Assembly (NCBI GenBank): GCA_965644315.1
Contig: CBFFRQ010000032.1
Location: forward strand, 1 to 64,000
DNA length: 64,000 bases
Direction: 5' to 3'
From: Caecitellus pseudoparvulus
Taxonomy: Eukaryota; Protista; Bigyra: Bicosoecida
Part shown: positions 1-11,719 of the stretch, in pieces
Layout of the letters: the number at the start of each line of letters is the position of its first letter
How positions within the stretch are numbered: position 1 is the stretch's first letter
The notes under the pieces: generated by a model
The model's database searches: none
What the model saw: only the letters and a program-made list of their open reading frames with translations
Told to the model about the DNA's origin: nothing
Position numbers and translations under genes: made by a program

Positions 1-3000
1 CCACGCCCGTGCCATCCGAGAGGAATCTCCATGGCCACTGAAGAGCTACACGCCACGCTTCAATGCCGCAAGGATGCAATGCGGAAGTGCACGAGGCTTG
101 TGAAGAAGAAGCGACATGTCACTCTGTCCAGGATCCGAGCACGCTTGAGGGAACTCGCTGTCACGGATCCCTTCACTGCCCACCAACACATCAAGCGCCT
201 GTCAGGTCGAGGTCGTCGAGCCTCGTCGAGCTCCCATCAGGTCCGTGAAGTCCATGCAGGGAGTGCTCATCTCCTCCCCTGATCTGGTGAAGGAGGAGGT
301 TGCCAAGCAGATGTCTGGCATCCTGAGTCACAACAAGCCCAGGCCAACATCGCTGAAGTACGGGCTGGCAAGGTTCCTTCCCTCAGCCCAAGAGTCCTTC
401 ACCCCGCCAGTGACATGGCTTCCCTCCAAGAAGCAAGTCAAAGTCCTCATGGGATCACTCAGCTTGCATCGACACCCAGGCTCTGGCAAGTTCCAATCAG
501 AGCACATCAAGTATGCTGGGCCAGGCTTCCAAGACATCTACTCCCAAGCCGTCATCCAAGCGTTGCAACACGGCACCTGCCCGCCAGACTACCATGCAGT
601 GCATTGGGTCACTCATCCCCAAGAAGACGAGTGAAGCTGGGCGGCCTCGCACATACCGCTTGATTGTATGCCGCCCCCCTCCTGCGAAGCTCTTCTTCTC
701 AGTGGCCGCTGCATGCCTGGAGTCCTGGATGCAAACATGGGTGTCGAAGGAGCAGGCTGGCTTCACTCGACACCGCAACACGCATGAGCACATCTTGGCT
801 CTCCAAGAGGTGATCAAGGGCCACCTGCGACAGTCAACAGCGCCAGTGCAAGTCCTGGTACTCTTCGTGGACTTCCGGGGAGCATTCGACTCTGTGAGCC
901 ACGCAGCCATCACAGAGATCCTTGAGGCTGCCTCCCTCCCTGCGCCACTCCTGGCCGTCATCAAGGAGTACATGTCCAAGGCGACGGTCTCCATCAACAC
1001 GCGCCATGGTCTTTGTCGCCCCCTTCCTGTCAGCAATGGTGTCCCCCAAGGAGGAGCTCTGTCCCCCTCCTCTTCAAGGTTGCGATAGATGTGCTGTCGC
1101 AAAGGCTCCACGAGATGCCCCTCCAAGGCATCCAGGGAGTGGGCATCCCAACACCAGCAGGCCATGTCACCCACACCCTGTATGCAGACGACCTGGCCTG
1201 CATCGCAACGTCTGCCACGGCCTTGCACCGAATCTTCGTAGAGGTGAAGGCCATCGCTGCCCGGGTTGGCCTTGCCATCAACCCGTCGAAGTCCGGGGTC
1301 ATGATCCTTGCCAACTCCGTGCGAGGCAGCCGGACACCAGTCAGTGAAAGGAAGAAGTTGGTGTGGCGCTCGGCTGCCCTCAAAGCGGGCAGCATGCTGA
1401 AGGTTGGCACCAAGTCCATCCAACGGGTGGCCGAGTACACCTACTTGGGTGTGCCGATGTCCGAACATCCTGCCAAGACCCGTGCACTTACCCTGCAACA
1501 AGCTGGGCTTGCTTGCATCCAAGCCGGGTTCACTGCGGGCGCGCTGCTCAGTGCCACCTGGCTCGATGTGCAGCAGCGGCACCTGGTTGGGTATGCCACT
1601 GTCACGTCAGCCGCCGACTACATGCTGTCCACCCAAGCCAACAGTTCCCTGCTTCCGCTGCGCGATGTTGACCGCGGCGTCGCCCTCGCCTTGGACAGGA
1701 CCCAAGTCGGCTCGCAGAGTGCACTCATGCGCCCCCACAGCTACGCCAAGCTGGCTCTATGCGGAGTCCTGCCTGCCCACATCCGCTCCACGCAACTGCG
1801 GACTGGGATGTTTGTCAAGGCTCTCCGGATGCTGCACTCGGACACCCCTCTTGCCCGAGCTCTGTGCCTGACCATCCCGCAGGCCCTTGACCTTATGCCT
1901 GCTTCGATGTCGACGACCTTCATCGTCGACACCATTGCTGATGGAGGTCGACTCCGGGCTGCCAGTGTCCCTGCTCCGTGGGCACTGCATGCCCTCTTGG
2001 ACCTCTGGCTCATGGGCTGCATGCCAGACCTTGCACAGCTTCGGCTTGCATGTGCACCTGGCTCTGAGCATGCTGCCACAGCCCTTGCCCAAGTCCTTGC
2101 CGGACTTAAGACCACCCCGGGCCTCCACAGGTCTGCGGTGGTTGGGGTGGCTGCCAGCGAGACGTCGTCCATGGCCGAACCCCCGGCCTTCACGGCAGAC
2201 ACCCCCTGGGCCCTGCGTCGCCAAGTCCTCGCGTCGTATCTTCATGTAGCCCAGGCAGTGCCGAGTGCAGCTGCCCACTACACCACCGACAGCCGAATCC
2301 CCCAAGTGCAGAAGCCCAGGCCGTATCATCTTGGGCCTGGTGCGCAGCACTTCGTGTGGCTACATCCACTGCCACACGGGGTGAACCCTCTTCTGGGTCT
2401 GTCCTGATGACAGGCCCACCAGAGTGATGGTCCATCACTTCCAGACCTTACAGCTTCTTCATGGGGGGGACAGTGCCACTCTGTACGAGTGCTGTCCGAT
2501 TTGCGGACTCAACACCGATGTACAGCTGCACGTGCACATCCTGCTGCACTGCACCCACCACGAACTCACCATGGCACGCCAACACACGATGACCAAGTTC
2601 AGAGAACTGGCCAACAGGTCAGCTGTGCCCGAGTCCGCGGCGGGCCAAGTGCAGTGCCTGCCCATCCCCCCAAGATCTGCCACGCCCTCCTTCGTGCCCC
2701 CGACCCAGAGCCGCGAAGCCTGCGGGACCTCGAGGTCCTCCACAGGCTCCTGCTCTGCGGGCAGTGGCCTCACCGGTGGGGGCTGGCCGACGAAGAGCAG
2801 CTTGTCTCTATGAAAGAGGCGGCTGTCCTCTCCCACCCCCACCTCGTCCACCGTGCTGGTCCTTGCCGTGTCCGTGCCCCAGCTGTATGGCAAGACATCC
2901 TGCGCAGCGCGGTTGAGTTCACAGCAAAGGCGTGGCGGGTCACAGTCACTTACATGTTGCGTATGACCGATGCCCACCACCTTGCTGTCCAGAGGCATGC

Positions 3001-3273
3001 TGAGTACCTGTGGTGGGCAGTACATGGGCGCGGGGCGCCGCTGCCTGGCCGCACGCAGCCAGTGCGGTCAGCGGCCACGCGGCACACGCGCAGGCCCCGC
3101 ACTCGCCGCAGGGCACGCACCTTTTCCCTGCCAAGGCTGGCCAAGTGCCGTCCACGGAGGGCAAAGGTCCAGAGGACGCTGCAGCACTTCATGGGGCCTC
3201 AGCCAGCCCATGCAGACACTGCAGTGGTGAGGGGGAAGGGCCCGATGGTTCCTGTGAAGAGAGCGAGGAGTAA
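1..3273 (+). CDS. RT/CCHC part of family A polyprotein, with several 1-3 nt indels (probably sequencing errors)
   Basis: ORF fragments carry FVDFRGAFDSV, GVPQGGALSP, LYADD and YTYLG. Stop TAA at 3271-3273 matches the copy 2 stop at 10890-10892. Confidence 0.85.
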
Positions 3274-4101
3274 GGCGGAACGCAGGCGTGCGGGCGGGGA
3301 GTGGAACAGCCACGCTTGTGGCCGCGTCTACCCTCCACGAGTGTCCTGACGTGATGAACCTGTGTGAAGCGTGGTGATAACCACGGTAGCCCGAAGCAGA
3401 TGCCCAAGACCTTACCTTTTACTTGCTACATAGCCTGCGAGTAGCAGTGGAGTGAGCGGGAGCGTGCCTCGGGCCGCGGCGCTGTGCAGCCGCAGTGCTG
3501 CACGGCCGCGGCCCGGACGGCTGCTGACGACGAAGCAAGCTCACTCACCACGAAACCAGGGCGTGACGGGTTGAAGAAGAAGGTCCTTTTCCTTTCTGTA
3601 TCCCCCTTGATGCGCGCGATGCGCTCTGTGGCGCGGGCGCGTGTGTGCGCACGGGTGCTGGTGTGCGCGATCGAATTCCGCACCACGCACCCGGCCGAGT
3701 TCCCGCGCAGAGGCGGAGCACACACCTCATGAAGGGCGCAGAGAGGCCTATGCGAGGGCCACAGAGGAGGTGGGTGAGGAATTTGGATTATGATCTGTTG
3801 TCAAGACTGCGCGGATGCCTGGGTGTGCTCTGGTGTGCCCCAGGTGTCTGGCGCTGGCGGAGCAAGGGATGAAGTGTAGCGGAGGAGGGCCAAGATGATG
3901 AATTGGAGCGGGCAGGGACCTGCCCTAGCAAGTGGCGGCAGATATAACGGGTGCAAGCCTGTGTTTGTTGCGAATCCGCGCCAAGCGGTAGCCGCTGTGG
4001 CGTCCTACATGTGCAGAGGTGCATTGTGGGGCGCCCGTGTGACGCTCAAGCTGTACGGTGCCAAGCTGTGCCGAGGTGAAATGCATTGTGAGTTGCTAAC
4101 C
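1..4101 (+). mobile_element. Non-LTR retrotransposon family A, copy 1 (3' part, cut by window start)
   Basis: Near-identical to 7620-11719 (offset ~7620). Contains RT motifs and the 3' UTR, ending ...AATGCATTGTGAGTTGCTAACC. Confidence 0.95.
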
Positions 4102-4106
4102 CTAAC
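4096..4106 (+). repeat. Telomeric C-strand repeat junction CTAACCCTAAC
   Basis: Read directly between the 3' end of copy 1 and the 5' end of copy 2. Confidence 0.9.
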
Positions 4107-7100
4107 TTTCCAAATGTCAACCTAATCATAGGTTGTGCATTGCTAACAATGCCTAATCCAGGCGCTCGTGCACCCAAGTGTGGTGTTGCACAGCGCTAGT
4201 GCATTGCATTGGGTGCGCGGGTGAGCAGCAGTGCGATTTCCGCACGCCACGCTCCCCACGCAGTGCTAAGTGCGGCTCCGGCTGGACGCTGCACCACTGC
4301 TTGCCCGAAACCATTGCTTCATCATCATGTCATCCAAGGCCAGCCAAGTCCTCGGCGTGCTCTTCGCGGACAAGTGCCTGGAGCAGCGTGTGTCAGGGCG
4401 GCCACGAACAGGCGTGCTGACTGACATGTCACGCCGAGGGGCAGCCCGGACTTTCCAGCTCGGTGGCATGGACATTGACTGCACGGATGGCCAAGATGCA
4501 TCATTTTTCGTCCGCAAGTGGCTTGGCATCTTCGGAGATGAGCTGGAGGCCGAGTTTCCTGGAGCTGCTCCTGTGATGGTGCGCGCTAATTCCGCGCTGA
4601 AACAATCCGCACCAGGGCAGACCATTCTCCTTGTCACGCTGCCGAGTGACGGTGAAGGCCCCGCCATTGCCAAGTCCCTGCGCGTTGCTGCTGCTGTGCG
4701 AGAAGACTTCATCATCATGTTGAAGGGGGGCGGCTCTGTGGGCGTGGTGTACTCCAACACGCGGCAGTTCACGTCAGAGCGCGCCAGGGTCAGCGTGATC
4801 GCCCCTCCCTCTGTAGTGAAGGTTGCTCAAAAGATCTCTGAGGCAGCAACCAACATTGCCTGTGAGAGTGGGGATGTGTCCAAGATCTTGAAGCTTGTCC
4901 ATGCCCATGTCACCAACACTCACTCCATCGCCAAGCGTGCTCCAAAGCCTGTCGGACACTCCGTCTCTCCAGAAGATGACGCCTCTGTCGACAAGCTGCC
5001 AAGCACACTGCCAAAGCCCCTTGCTGAAGGCGGTCCCAAGAAGAAGAAGACACGGAGGGGCAAACGCAAGCCATCGACAAAGAGCTCTCCTCCTCGGCGC
5101 TTTGCTGAACTGTTCAAGGAGGGCGTCGTGACTACTCGCCCCACAGCGCCCTCCCCTCCATCTGCACCCGCCGAGTCGTCAGGCCAAGCTGCTCCTTCCC
5201 CTGAACATGTCCCTCTTCCGTCCACCAGAGTCAAGCGCCCGACCTTCAGCAGATGGGACTCGCCCAGCCCACGCAAGAGACCTCCTCCCGTGTCCCCGAC
5301 AGCTGCGGCACTATCGGGCAGCGGGGCACAGCCACCTCTTGCAAGTCCTGCAAACACGGCACCCACTACGCTGCTAAAACTTGCTGACTGCAGTCGCCGA
5401 CCAGCACGGCTTGGACAGGCAAACCTTGACTTGGGTTCCCCCTTGCAGCAACTCCTCGCCTCTGCGCACGCGTTCCGCAATAAGGACCAACGACACTGTG
5501 TCCAGGCCTGCTTTGAAACAGCAGCAGGAGAGCCACTCTTCAATGACGATGACCTTGTCCTTCTTCAACACGCAGCCACCATCCAAGCGGCGCAGACATC
5601 CTTCTGTGCTGTGTTGAAGAAGAGCAGCGCGCGTCACCCTGGCACACCAGACTCGGAGGTCCATGCTGTCTGTGAAACAGAACCTTCCATGCCGACCACC
5701 GAGCAAGACAAGCTTGACCTCTTTCAATCGTTCCTGTACCGACATGCGCCTGATGATGCAGCACTCACCAGTGCCTGTCCACCTGTGCTCCTCCCTGGTC
5801 TTCATCTCTTGCTCACGCGTATCAACGAGGGCCATCGGGAACTTGAAGGCGGCACAGTGTCTGGACACTGCCTGGTTGATGTCAAGGCAGAGAAAGAGAT
5901 GACCTCCGAGGCAAAAGTCTTTGCTGGGGTGTACTTCGCGTTTGCTCTCAGCTTGGTTGACACTGGAGGTGTCTCCCACCTTCAGCTCATTGTCGTCAAC
6001 GCTGAGAAGTCCACACTTGTACTGTGGAACCCTGACGAACCCTTCAAGAGCACCAACATTCCAATCGACGGCTGCCTGAACACACTCGACTCGATGGGCA
6101 TTGAGTCTGTGTACCGTGTCTCATCCTCCCCGCTGAGTGGCAAGCCGATTCCCTTCAAAGACAGAGTGCGGCTGGCCATGCTGTCCCTCAGGTCTGACTT
6201 TCCCCCACTCCCGTTCGTAGCTGAGGACGAGACTGTCTACCCAAAGACTCTCATCACTGGCAAGACAACACGGGTGTACCTCCCTGTAGGCCGCACCACG
6301 CGCCAACAAGCAGCTGCCGATGAGAGAGCCAAGACGGTTGACCCCATACTGTCACTCATCCCAACATCTGTACAAGTCGCCGACCAGATCAGTAGCGATG
6401 CACCCCATACCCCTGTCGGCCGCGGAAGACACATGACACTCGCACTTGCTGCTTGGAATGTGCACGGCTCCTGCGGCCAGTGTGTCCACGATGTCGTCAC
6501 CTGTGTCCAGTCTGTGTGCAGTGCGTCGTCCATGTTGGCACTCTGTGTCACAGAGCCTGGGGGGCACGGCCTGCTCGACACGGAAGTCATGGGCCTTGAA
6601 TGCTTCCGCCCAAGCCCGCCTGATCGGCCTGTCGGGCGGAGTGAGGTTGCCTTGCTGCTTGATCGAAGACTCAATGGCTCAGTGATCCCGGGCCTCGACG
6701 TTGATGGTCGCTGCATAATTGCTTGCTCGATCCCTGCAAGCCCACAACCCATCGCCATCATAGCCACGTACGTACCCAACTGGCACTCTTGGCAGCGAAA
6801 GAAGCCAGTCGCTGATCCGGACACGAAGCTTCCGTACCGGCAAGAGGTTTGGCGGCAGCTTGAGTCTGCTGTTCAACAGCTCCGCCTCACCCACATGATT
6901 GTCATCATGGGTGACTTGAACACTCATCCAGGTGACGAAGGGGTAGGCACGTGGGGAGCAGATCACTGGGAGAACCGGACCGGCATTCCCGAGCCCACTG
7001 AAGACATCCTGCAGATGCAGCTCCTCTGCGAGCAAGGCCCACTGATCCCAGCCGGACTTGGTGGCCTGCCAACGCACAGGTATGGTCGGGCTCTGGACCA

Positions 7101-10100
7101 CATCCTGATGACTGAGGACCTCCACAGTATGTTGAGCAGACCACTGCACATCACAACAACGTTCTCCAGCGGGACGAAAAAGAGTGCCGCTCGACTAGTC
7201 CTCAGTGACCATCATCTTGTTGCAGCAGAAGTCCGAGTGAAGCCTGCCAAGCGAGTGTGGACATCATCCAAGAGCCCCCATGTACAGGCGGTGCCACCCT
7301 GGTGGACCTCAGCGACAGAGGCTGGGCTGGCAGCGCAAGCGATGTTTCGAGGATCCCTCAGCTCGCGGGCCACCGCGCTCCAGACAGGCAGCGCCGCCCC
7401 GAGCCTATCCTTTCTCAACGGTGCTATCGAAGCTGCGGCTATGGACACACATCGCAAGGCCAAGACCCCACGTGACCCTCTGCCCCAGCTGAAGATGGAC
7501 ATCAAGGCGGCCAGCGGGCTCAAGAAGTCCATGACTGCACGCGTGTCCAAGCTGCGGAAGACCATTGCCAAGCTGCACCGGAAGCTCGCACTTGCCACCG
7601 GTCGGCATCCTCAGCCAGACCACGCCCGTGCCATCCGAGAGGGAATCTCCATGGCCACTGAAGAGCTACACGCCACGCTTCAATGCCGCAAGGATGCAAT
7701 GCGGAAGTGCACGAGGCTTGTGAAGAAGAAGCGACATGTCACTCTGTCCAGGATCCGAGCACGCTTGAGGGAACTCGCTGTCACGGATCCCTTCACTGCC
7801 CACCAACACATCAAGCGCCTGTCAGGTCGAGGTCGTCGAGCCCGTCGAGCTCCCATCAGGTCCGTGAAGTCCATGCAGGGAGTGCTCATCTCCTCCCCTG
7901 ATCTGGTGAAGGAGGAGGTTGCCAAGCAGATGTCTGGCATCCTGAGTCACAACAAGCCCAGGCCAACATCGCTGAAGTACGGGCTGGCAAGGTTCCTTCC
8001 CTCAGCCCAAGAGTCCTTCACCCCGCCAGTGACATGGCTTCCCTCCAAGAAGCAAGTCAAAGTCCTCATGGGATCACTCAGCTTGCATCGACACCCAGGC
8101 TCTGGCAAGTTCCAATCAGAGCACATCAAGTATGCTGGGCCAGGCTTCCAAGACATCTACTCCCAAGCCGTCATCCAAGCGTTGCAACACGGCACCTGCC
8201 CGCCAGACTACCATGCAGGCATTGGGTCACTCATCCCCAAGAAGACGAGTGAAGCTGGGCGGCCTCGCACATACCGCTTGATTGTATGCCGCCCCCTCCT
8301 GCGAAGCTCTTCTTCTCAGTGGCCGCTGCATGCCTGGAGTCCTGGATGCAAACATGGGTGTCGAAGGAGCAGGCTGGCTTCACTCGACACCGCAACACGC
8401 ATGAGCACATCTTGGCTCTCCAAGAGGTGATCAAGGGCCACCTGCGACAGTCAACAGCGCCAGTGCAAGTCCTGGTACTCTTCGTGGACTTCCGGGGAGC
8501 ATTCGACTCTGTGAGCCACGCAGCCATCACAGAGATCCTTGAGGCTGCCTCCCTCCCTGCGCCACTCCTGGCCGTCATCAAGGAGTACATGTCCAAGGCG
8601 ACGGTCTCCATCAACACGCGCCATGGTCTTTGTCGCCCCCTTCCTGTCAGCAATGGTGTCCCCCAAGGAGGAGCTCTGTCCCCCCTCCTCTTCAAGGTTG
8701 CGATAGATGTGCTGTCGCAAAGGCTCCACGAGATGCCCCTCCAAGGCATCCAGGGAGTGGGCATCCCAACACCAGCAGGCCATGTCACCCACACCCTGTA
8801 TGCAGACGACCTGGCCTGCATCGCAACGTCTGCCACGGCCTTGCACCGAATCTTCGTAGAGGTGAAGGCCATCGCTGCCCGGGTTGGCCTTGCCATCAAC
8901 CCGTCGAAGTCCGGGGTCATGATCCTTGCCAACTCCGTGCGAGGCAGCCGGACACCAGTCAGTGAAAGGAAGAAGTTGGTGTGGCGCTCGGCTGCCCTCA
9001 AAGCGGGCAGCATGCTGAAGGTTGGCACCAAGTCCATCCAACGGGTGGCCGAGTACACCTACTTGGGTGTGCCGATGTCCGAACATCCTGCCAAGACCCG
9101 TGCACTTACCCTGCAACAAGCTGGGCTTGCTTGCATCCAAGCCGGGTTCACTGCGGGCGCGCTGCTCAGTGCCACCTGGCTCGATGTGCAGCAGCGGCAC
9201 CTGGTTGGGTATGCCACTGTCACGTCAGCCGCCGACTACATGCTGTCCACCCAAGCCAACAGTTCCCTGCTTCCGCTGCGCGATGTTGACCGCGGCGTCG
9301 CCCTCGCCTTGGACAGGACCCAAGTCGGCTCGCAGAGTGCACTCATGCGCCCCCACAGCTACGCCAAGCTGGCTCTATGCGGAGTCCTGCCTGCCCACAT
9401 CCGCTCCACGCAACTGCGGACTGGGATGTTTGTCAAGGCTCTCCGGATGCTGCACTCGGACACCCCTCTTGCCCGAGCTCTGTGCCTGACCATCCCGCAG
9501 GCCCTTGACCTTATGCCTGCTTCGATGTCGACGACCTTCATCGTCGACACCATTGCTGATGGAGGTCGACTCCGGGCTGCCAGTGTCCCTGCTCCGTGGG
9601 CACTGCATGCCCTCTTGGACCTCTGGCTCATGGGCTGCATGCCAGACCTTGCACAGCTTCGGCTTGCATGTGCACCTGGCTCTGAGCATGCTGCCACAGC
9701 CCTTGCCCAAGTCCTTGCCGGACTTAAGACCACCCCGGGCCTCCACAGGTCTGCGGTGGTTGGGGTGGCTGCCAGCGAGACGTCGTCCATGGCCGAACCC
9801 CCGGCCTTCACGGCAGACACCCCCTGGGCCCTGCGTCGCCAAGTCCTCGCGTCGTATCTTCATGTAGCCCAGGCAGTGCCGAGTGCAGCTGCCCACTACA
9901 CCACCGACAGCCGAATCCCCCAAGTGCAGAAGCCCAGGCCGTATCATCTTGGGCCTGGTGCGCAGCACTTCGTGTGGCTACATCCACTGCCACACGGGGT
10001 GAACCCCCTCTTCTGGGTCTGTCCTGATGACAGGCCCACCAGAGTGATGGTCCATCACTTCCAGACCTTACAGCTTCTTCATGGGGGGGACAGTGCCACT

Positions 10101-11719
10101 CTGTACGAGTGCTGTCCGATTTGCGGACTCAACACCGATGTACAGCTGCACGTGCACATCCTGCTGCACTGCACCCACCACGAACTCACCATGGCACGCC
10201 AACACACGATGACCAAGTTCAGAGAACTGGCCAACAGGTCAGCTGTGCCCGAGTCCGCGGCGGGCCAAGTGCAGTGCCTGCCCATCCCCCCCAAGATCTG
10301 CCACGCCCTCCTTCGTGCCCCCGACCCAGAGCCGCGAAGCCTGCGGGACCTCGAGGTCCTCCACAGGCTCCTGCTCTGCGGGCAGTGGCCTCACCGGTGG
10401 GGGCTGGCCGACGAAGAGCAGCTTGTCTCTATGAAAGAGGCGGCTGTCCTCTCCCACCCCCACCTCGTCCACCGTGCTGGTCCTTGCCGTGTCCGTGCCC
10501 CAGCTGTATGGCAAGACATCCTGCGCAGCGCGGTTGAGTTCACAGCAAAGGCGTGGCGGGTCACAGTCACTTACATGTTGCGTATGACCGATGCCCACCA
10601 CCTTGCTGTCCAGAGGCATGCTGAGTACCTGTGGTGGGCAGTACATGGGCGCGGGGCGCCGCTGCCTGGCCGCACGCAGCCAGTGCGGTCAGCGGCCACG
10701 CGGCACACGCGCAGGCCCCGCACTCGCCGCAGGGCACGCACCTTTTTCCCTGCCAAGGCTGGCCAAGTGCCGTCCACGGAGGGCAAGGTCCAGAGGACGC
10801 TGCAGCACTTCATGGGGCCTCAGCCAGCCCATGCAGACACTGATGGTGAGGGGGAAGGGCCCGATGGTTCCTGTGAAGAGAGCGAGGAGTAAGGCGGAAC
10901 GCAGGCGTGCGGGCGGGGAGTGGAACAGCCACGCTTGTGGCCGCGTCTACCCTCCACGAGTGTCCTGACGTGATGAACCTGTGTGAAGCGTGGTGATAAC
11001 CACGGTAGCCCGAAGCAGATGCCCAAGACCTTACCTTTTACTTACTACATAGCCTGCGAGTAGCAGTGGAGTGAGCGGGAGCGTGCCTCGGGCCGCGGCG
11101 CGTGTGCAGCCGCAGTGCTGCACGGCCGCGGCCCGGATGGCGGCTGACGATGAAGCAAGCTCACTCACCACGAAACCAGGGCGTGACGGGTTGAAGAAGA
11201 AGGTCCTTTTCCTTTCTGTATCCCCCTTGATGCGCGCGATGCGCTCTGTGGCGCGGGCGCGTGTGTGCGCACGGGTGCTGGTGTGCGCGATCGAATTCCG
11301 CACCACGCACCCGGCCGAGTTCCCGCGCAGAGGCGGAGCACACACCTCATGAAGGGCGCAGAGAGGCCTATGAGGGCCACAGAGGAGGTGGGTGAGGAAT
11401 TTGGATTATGATCTGTTGTCAAGACTGCGCGGATGCCTGGGTGTGCTCTGGTGTGCCCCAGGTGTCTGGCGCTGGCGGAGCAAGGGATGAAGTGTAGCGG
11501 AGGAGGGCCAAGATGATGAATTGGAGCGGGCAGGGACCTGCCCTAGCAAGTGGCGGCAGATATAACGGGTGCAAGCCTGTGTTTGTTGCGAATCCGCGCC
11601 AAGCGGTAGCCGCTGTGGCGTCCTACATGTGCAGAGGTGCATTGTGGGGCGCCCGTGTGACGCTCAAGCTGTACGGTGCCAAGCTGTGCCGAGGTGAAAT
11701 GCATTGTGAGTTGCTAACC
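4105..11719 (+). mobile_element. Non-LTR retrotransposon family A, copy 2, essentially full length (~7.6 kb)
   Basis: ~220-nt 5' UTR starting ACTTTCCAAATGTCAA, one long ORF, ~830-nt 3' UTR ending CTAACC (11714-11719). No poly(A) tail and no LTRs. Confidence 0.95.
4327..10892 (+). CDS. Single-ORF retrotransposon polyprotein (~2188 aa): basic N-terminal region, putative Josephin-like protease, AP endonuclease, reverse transcriptase, CCHC zinc knuckle
   Basis: APE motifs AWNVHG, TEP, TYVP, MGDLN, LDHI and SDH (~6440-7220). RT motifs at ~8480-9070. CPICG...HILLHC at ~10113-10172. The apparent frameshift at ~8292 lies in a C-run that is one base shorter than in copy 1, and the region is read through in the intact 15294-20897 ORF. 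Confidence 0.92.

Noticed and set aside
3641-4101. LTRs or DIRS/Ngaro split direct repeats
   Set aside because: The repeated segments are 3' UTRs of tandem units. The RT is non-LTR type with APE, and no integrase or tyrosine recombinase is seen.
4235-4280. HDV-like ribozyme in the 5' UTR (CCGCAC...GCTAAGTGCGG)
   Set aside because: There is no room for the P1 3' strand and P4 between the putative P3 and J4/2, and the motif is not conserved in B.
8280-8300. Programmed frameshift or separate ORF1/ORF2 in family A
   Set aside because: It falls in a C homopolymer that is one base longer in copy 1, and the A2 copy reads through in one frame. Most likely a sequencing error.
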